NCBI RefSeq assembly: GCF_964213995.1 | Contig: NC_135821.1 | Span: 10,478,001-10,542,000, forward strand | Source of the DNA: Mustelus asterias | Taxonomy: Eukaryota | Direction: 5' to 3' | Length of the DNA: 64,000 nt | Shown here: in pieces, positions 60,346-64,000 of the stretch | Layout: the number at the start of each line of letters is the position of its first letter | Position numbering within the stretch: the stretch's first letter is position 1 | Translations under genes and position numbers: made by a program | Notes under the pieces: generated by a model | Databases searched by the model: none | What the model was told of the DNA's origin: nothing | The model's input: only the letters and a program-made list of their open reading frames with translations

Positions 60346-61239
60346 GATTTGATGAACTCCCTTGTGTATTATTCAGCTTCCTCTTAAAGACATCTGTTCT
60401 CCCTGCCTCAGTCACGTATTGTGGTCTTGAGTTCCATGTTCTCACCACACTCCAAGCGAAGAGATTTGGTCCTAAATTCTCTGATGAGTCACCTTCTATT
60501 TATGGCCCCTTGTAGTGGTCTCCTTGCAAGTGAAAACGTCTTCTTGGTTTCTCCGCTGTCAAACCCTTCCATAATCTTAACATCTGTCCCTGCCCACACA
60601 CCGCTATCTATATTTATTCTTAGAAACATAGAAGATAGGAGCAGGAGGAGGCCATTCGGCCCTTCGAACCTGCTCCGCCATTCATCACGATCATGGCTGA
60701 TCGTCCAACTCAATAGCCTAATCCTGCTTTCTCCCCATAACCTTTGATCCCATTCGCCCCAAGTGCTATATCCAGCCGCCTCTTGACCACATTATTCGAG
60801 AGATTGAAACCACCAAACCGTCCCCTCTCCGAGCTCAATCCCACTGTTTGATTAGAGCAGCAAGAATTAAGATCATAGACCCAAATCTTATGCCCCCATC
60901 CCGCCCACCCATCCCAAGGAGAGGACTGGGCGCCCCAAACCGATGATGAGGGGGCTAAGGTGGAATAACGGAGGCAACTCACGTCCGCCAGCATTTTACT
61001 AGCGCCTATCGTCATTCACTGGTTGAGGGCGTTGCTGACTCTACATTTTTTGCCCATCCCTAATTGCCCCTTGAACTGAATGTCTCGCTCAGTCATTTCA
61101 GAGGGCAGTTGAGAATCAACCACATTGCTGTGGCTCTGGAGTCACAGATAGGCCAGACCGGGTAAGGATGGCAGATTTCCTTCCCTAAAGGAAAATCAGT
61201 GAACCAGATGGTTTTTTTTTACCACAATGGTTTAAAATA

Positions 61240-61930
61240 CAATCCCTACAGTGCAGAAGGAGGCCATTCGGCCCATCAAGCCTGCACCAACAACAACCCC
61301 ACCCAGGCCCTACCCCCTGAACCCTACGTATCTACCCTGCTAATCTCCCTGACACTAAGGCTCAATTTAGCATGGCCAATCCACCTAACCCGCACATCTT
61401 TGGACTGTGGGAGGAAACCGGAGCACCTGGAGGAAACCCATGCAGACACGGGGAGAACGTGCAAACTCCACACAGAGAGTCACCCGAGGCCGGAATTGAA
61501 CCCGGGTCCCTGGCGCTGTGAGGCAGCAGTGCTAATCACCGTGATGAGTCATGGTCATCATCTTAATTCCAGACTTTTTATTGAATTCAAATGTCACCAT
61601 CTTTTAAAGTTTATTTATTAGTCACAAGTGAGGCTTACACTGCAATGAAGTCACTGTAGGGCAGGCACCTGTTCGGGTCAATGCACCTAACCAGCAGGTC
61701 TCTGTGGGAGGAAACCGGAGCACCCGGAGGAAACCCACGCAGACACGGGGAGAACCATAAGAGCAGAATTAGGCCACTCGGCCCATCGAGTCGACTCTGC
61801 CTTTCAATCATGGCTGATATTTTTCTCATTTGAACATTCAGACTCCACACAGACAGTGAGCCGAGGCTGGAATCGAACCTGGGTCCCTGGCGCTGTGAGG
61901 CAGCAGTGCTAACCACTGTGCCACCCAGCC
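61240..61930 (-). mobile_element. HE1 and alternative-tail V-SINEs nested in a second-family SINE
   Basis: Copies at 61240-61541 and 61605-61925. Confidence 0.75.
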
Positions 61931-62479
61931 GCCATCTGCCGTGGTGGGATTTGAACCCTGGTCCCCAGAGCATTGCCCAGGGTCTCTGGGTTACGAGCCC
62001 AGTAACAATACCACTACACTACCACCTCCCTGGCCACCCTTGGGCCAAGTGAGACCCTGAAGCAGCAAATTAATGACCTCCTTCTCCCGCTGCAGAATGT
62101 CCATGCCACCCGGTAAGTCCGCCAAGCACACACTGCGGCCGGCCGGCCTGCTGGCTCAGTTCGGGTGGCCCCTGTCTCTTCAGACATCCTGTGCCCCAGG
62201 GAGGGTGTGGATATTCCCCTCCCCACCTCCCCCCGCCCCCCCCCACCCCCCCCTCCATGCTAAATGGCCATGCTAAATTGCCCCTTAGTGTCAGGGGGAC
62301 GAGCGAGGGTAAATATGTGGAGAGGAAGGATAAGGGCAGCAGATACATGGGAAACACCACCAGCTGCAAGATCCCCTCCAAGTCACTCGCCATTTCGACT
62401 TGGAAACATATCGGCCATTCCTTCACTGTCGTTGGGTCAAAATCACGATGTGGGGGGGCGGGGGGGGGGGGGGGGGGGG

Positions 62480-63090
62480 GGGCGCGGCCGCTGGACAGAG
62501 TAGAGAGGGAGAAACTGTTCCCACTTGTAAAAGGATCGAGAACGAGAGGGGAGCAGAATTTGAAAGTGATTTGCAAAATGTGATGTGAGGAAAAATGTTT
62601 CCACGCAGTGAGTGGTTGGGGTCTGGAAAGTGTTGCCTGGAAGTATGGTGGAGGCAGGTTAGCACAGTGGCACGGTAGCACAGTGGTTAGCACTGTTGCT
62701 TCACAGCTCCAGCGACCTGGGTTCGATTCCCGGCTCGGGTCACTGTCTGTGTGGAGTTTGCACATTCTCCTCGTGTCTGCATGGGTTTCCTCCGGGTGCT
62801 CCGGTTTCCTCCCACAGTCCAAAGATGTGCGGGTTAGGTCGATTGGGCATGCTAAAATTGCCCCTTAGTGTCCTGAGATGCATAGGGTAGAGGGATTAGT
62901 GGGTACAATATGTAGGGATATGGGGGTAGGGCCTGGGTGGGATTGTGGTCGGAGCAGATGCGATGGGCTGAATGGCCTCTTTCTGTACTGTAGGGATTCT
63001 ATCATTCAGGTTCAATGGAGGCATTCAAGAGGGCATTAGATGATTATTTTAATGTGAAGGAGTGCGGGGAAAAGGCAGGGGAATGGGCAC
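62480..63090 (+). mobile_element. CR1 3' fragment with HE1 inserted at 62667-63002
   Basis: LDRVEREKLFPLVKGSRTRG; full HE1 copy. Confidence 0.78.
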
Positions 63091-63639
63091 GAAGGGAATT
63101 TCCTCCCTAACAGCACTGTGGGTGCGCCCACACCTCAGGGACTGCAGTGGGTTCAAGAAGGTGGCTCGCCACCACCTTCCCAAGGGGCAATAAGGGGTGG
63201 GCAATGACTCGCAACCTCAAACATTGAGAGTGAATAAGAATGAGAGCTAGTTTTCGGTTGAGAAACCTGTTTGCTCTGTTTATTTACTTCTTTACATATT
63301 CAGACTACCCACTTCAAAGCAGATGGGGTTTTTGCAACCAGCCATCTCACCGTGGCAGAGAATAGACCGGTCCAGGAGACATTGTTTTGAGGCTGATAAA
63401 AGCTTCCCTTTGTTACACTGAATCACTTAGTGACAAGGTTTGACGTTCTGGGCAGGATGTGGCCACAGACAATGGAAGCTCTGCGATGCTGAACCTTTTA
63501 ACCACGCTCTCTGCCAGACCAGTTAATGAGGGCAGTGCAAACGTTAGCAAAGCTCCTCTCACCTGGAGACGGTCCCTCTGAGCTTTTGACAGCTCCGTTT
63601 CATTAAATTCCAATGCCAGTGATCTCTCCACCCCTCCCT

Positions 63640-64000
63640 TCACACGATCGCTGGATTGTTACAGAGCCGAAGGAGGCCGTTCGGCCCATCCTGTCCGCAC
63701 CGGCTCTCCAAACGAGCATGCTGGCTTAGTGCCCACTCCCCTGCCTTTTCCCCCCACCCTTTCACACTCAAATAATCATGCAATGCCCTCTTGAATGCCT
63801 TGATTGAACCTGCCCCCATCACACTTCCAGGCAACGCATTCCAGACCTCAACCACTCGCTGGGTGAAAAAGTTTTTTCTCACATCACATTTTGCAAATCA
63901 CTTTCAAATTATGCTCCCTCTCATTCTCGATCCTTTTACGAGTGGGAACATTTTCTCCCTCTCTACTCTGCCCCGCCCCCATCATGATTTGGAACATCTC
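63640..64000 (-). mobile_element. CR1 3' fragment running off the window end
   Basis: RKNFFTQRVVEVWNALP peptide. Confidence 0.8.

Noticed and set aside
58243-60820. Shared 18-mer ATTGAAACCACCAAACCG at 58243-58260 and 60803-60820
   Set aside because: Only two copies with no extended homology or TSD logic; probably a remnant of an old local duplication or repeat
34089-62482. Long G runs at about 34089-34112, 38890-38920 and 62452-62482 as G-quadruplex elements
   Set aside because: Homopolymers inside decayed repeats; lengths are error-prone and nothing indicates function

Overview
This is eukaryotic, repeat-saturated DNA from a cartilaginous fish, most likely a shark. That call is inferred from dozens of HE1-type V-SINEs together with CR1, Rex1/Babar and Penelope-like elements. 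Bases 1-27 kb hold a tandem cluster of three four-exon ferritin genes on the minus strand, about 10 kb apart. Copy A (ATG 6825) shows exons 1-3 only; its exon 4 is not in the window. Copy B spans 16726-11857 and copy C spans 26248-21545; both encode 176 aa. All three carry Lys at ferroxidase ligand position 62 (human H numbering) and Thr at Tyr29; B and C also show Cys at Tyr137. None has a recognisable iron-responsive element between its TATA box and ATG. They look like L-like, possibly ferroxidase-poor, IRP-independent ferritins on an H/M-like frame. Bases 27-64 kb are almost all nested retroelements, with a few unique islands holding unconfirmed exon-like segments. Notable non-genic structures are: a solo LTR in ferritin B intron 1 whose 30-bp hairpin-forming unit has expanded to 44 copies; several minimal hammerhead ribozymes in Penelope-like fragments; a Tx1-type insertion splitting the ferritin C promoter; repeated 52-bp amplifications inside HE1 SINEs; and SINE families sharing 3' tails with different LINE partners. 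No CRISPR, rRNA or true tRNA gene is present. All family assignments come from motif recognition by eye; no database searches were run.
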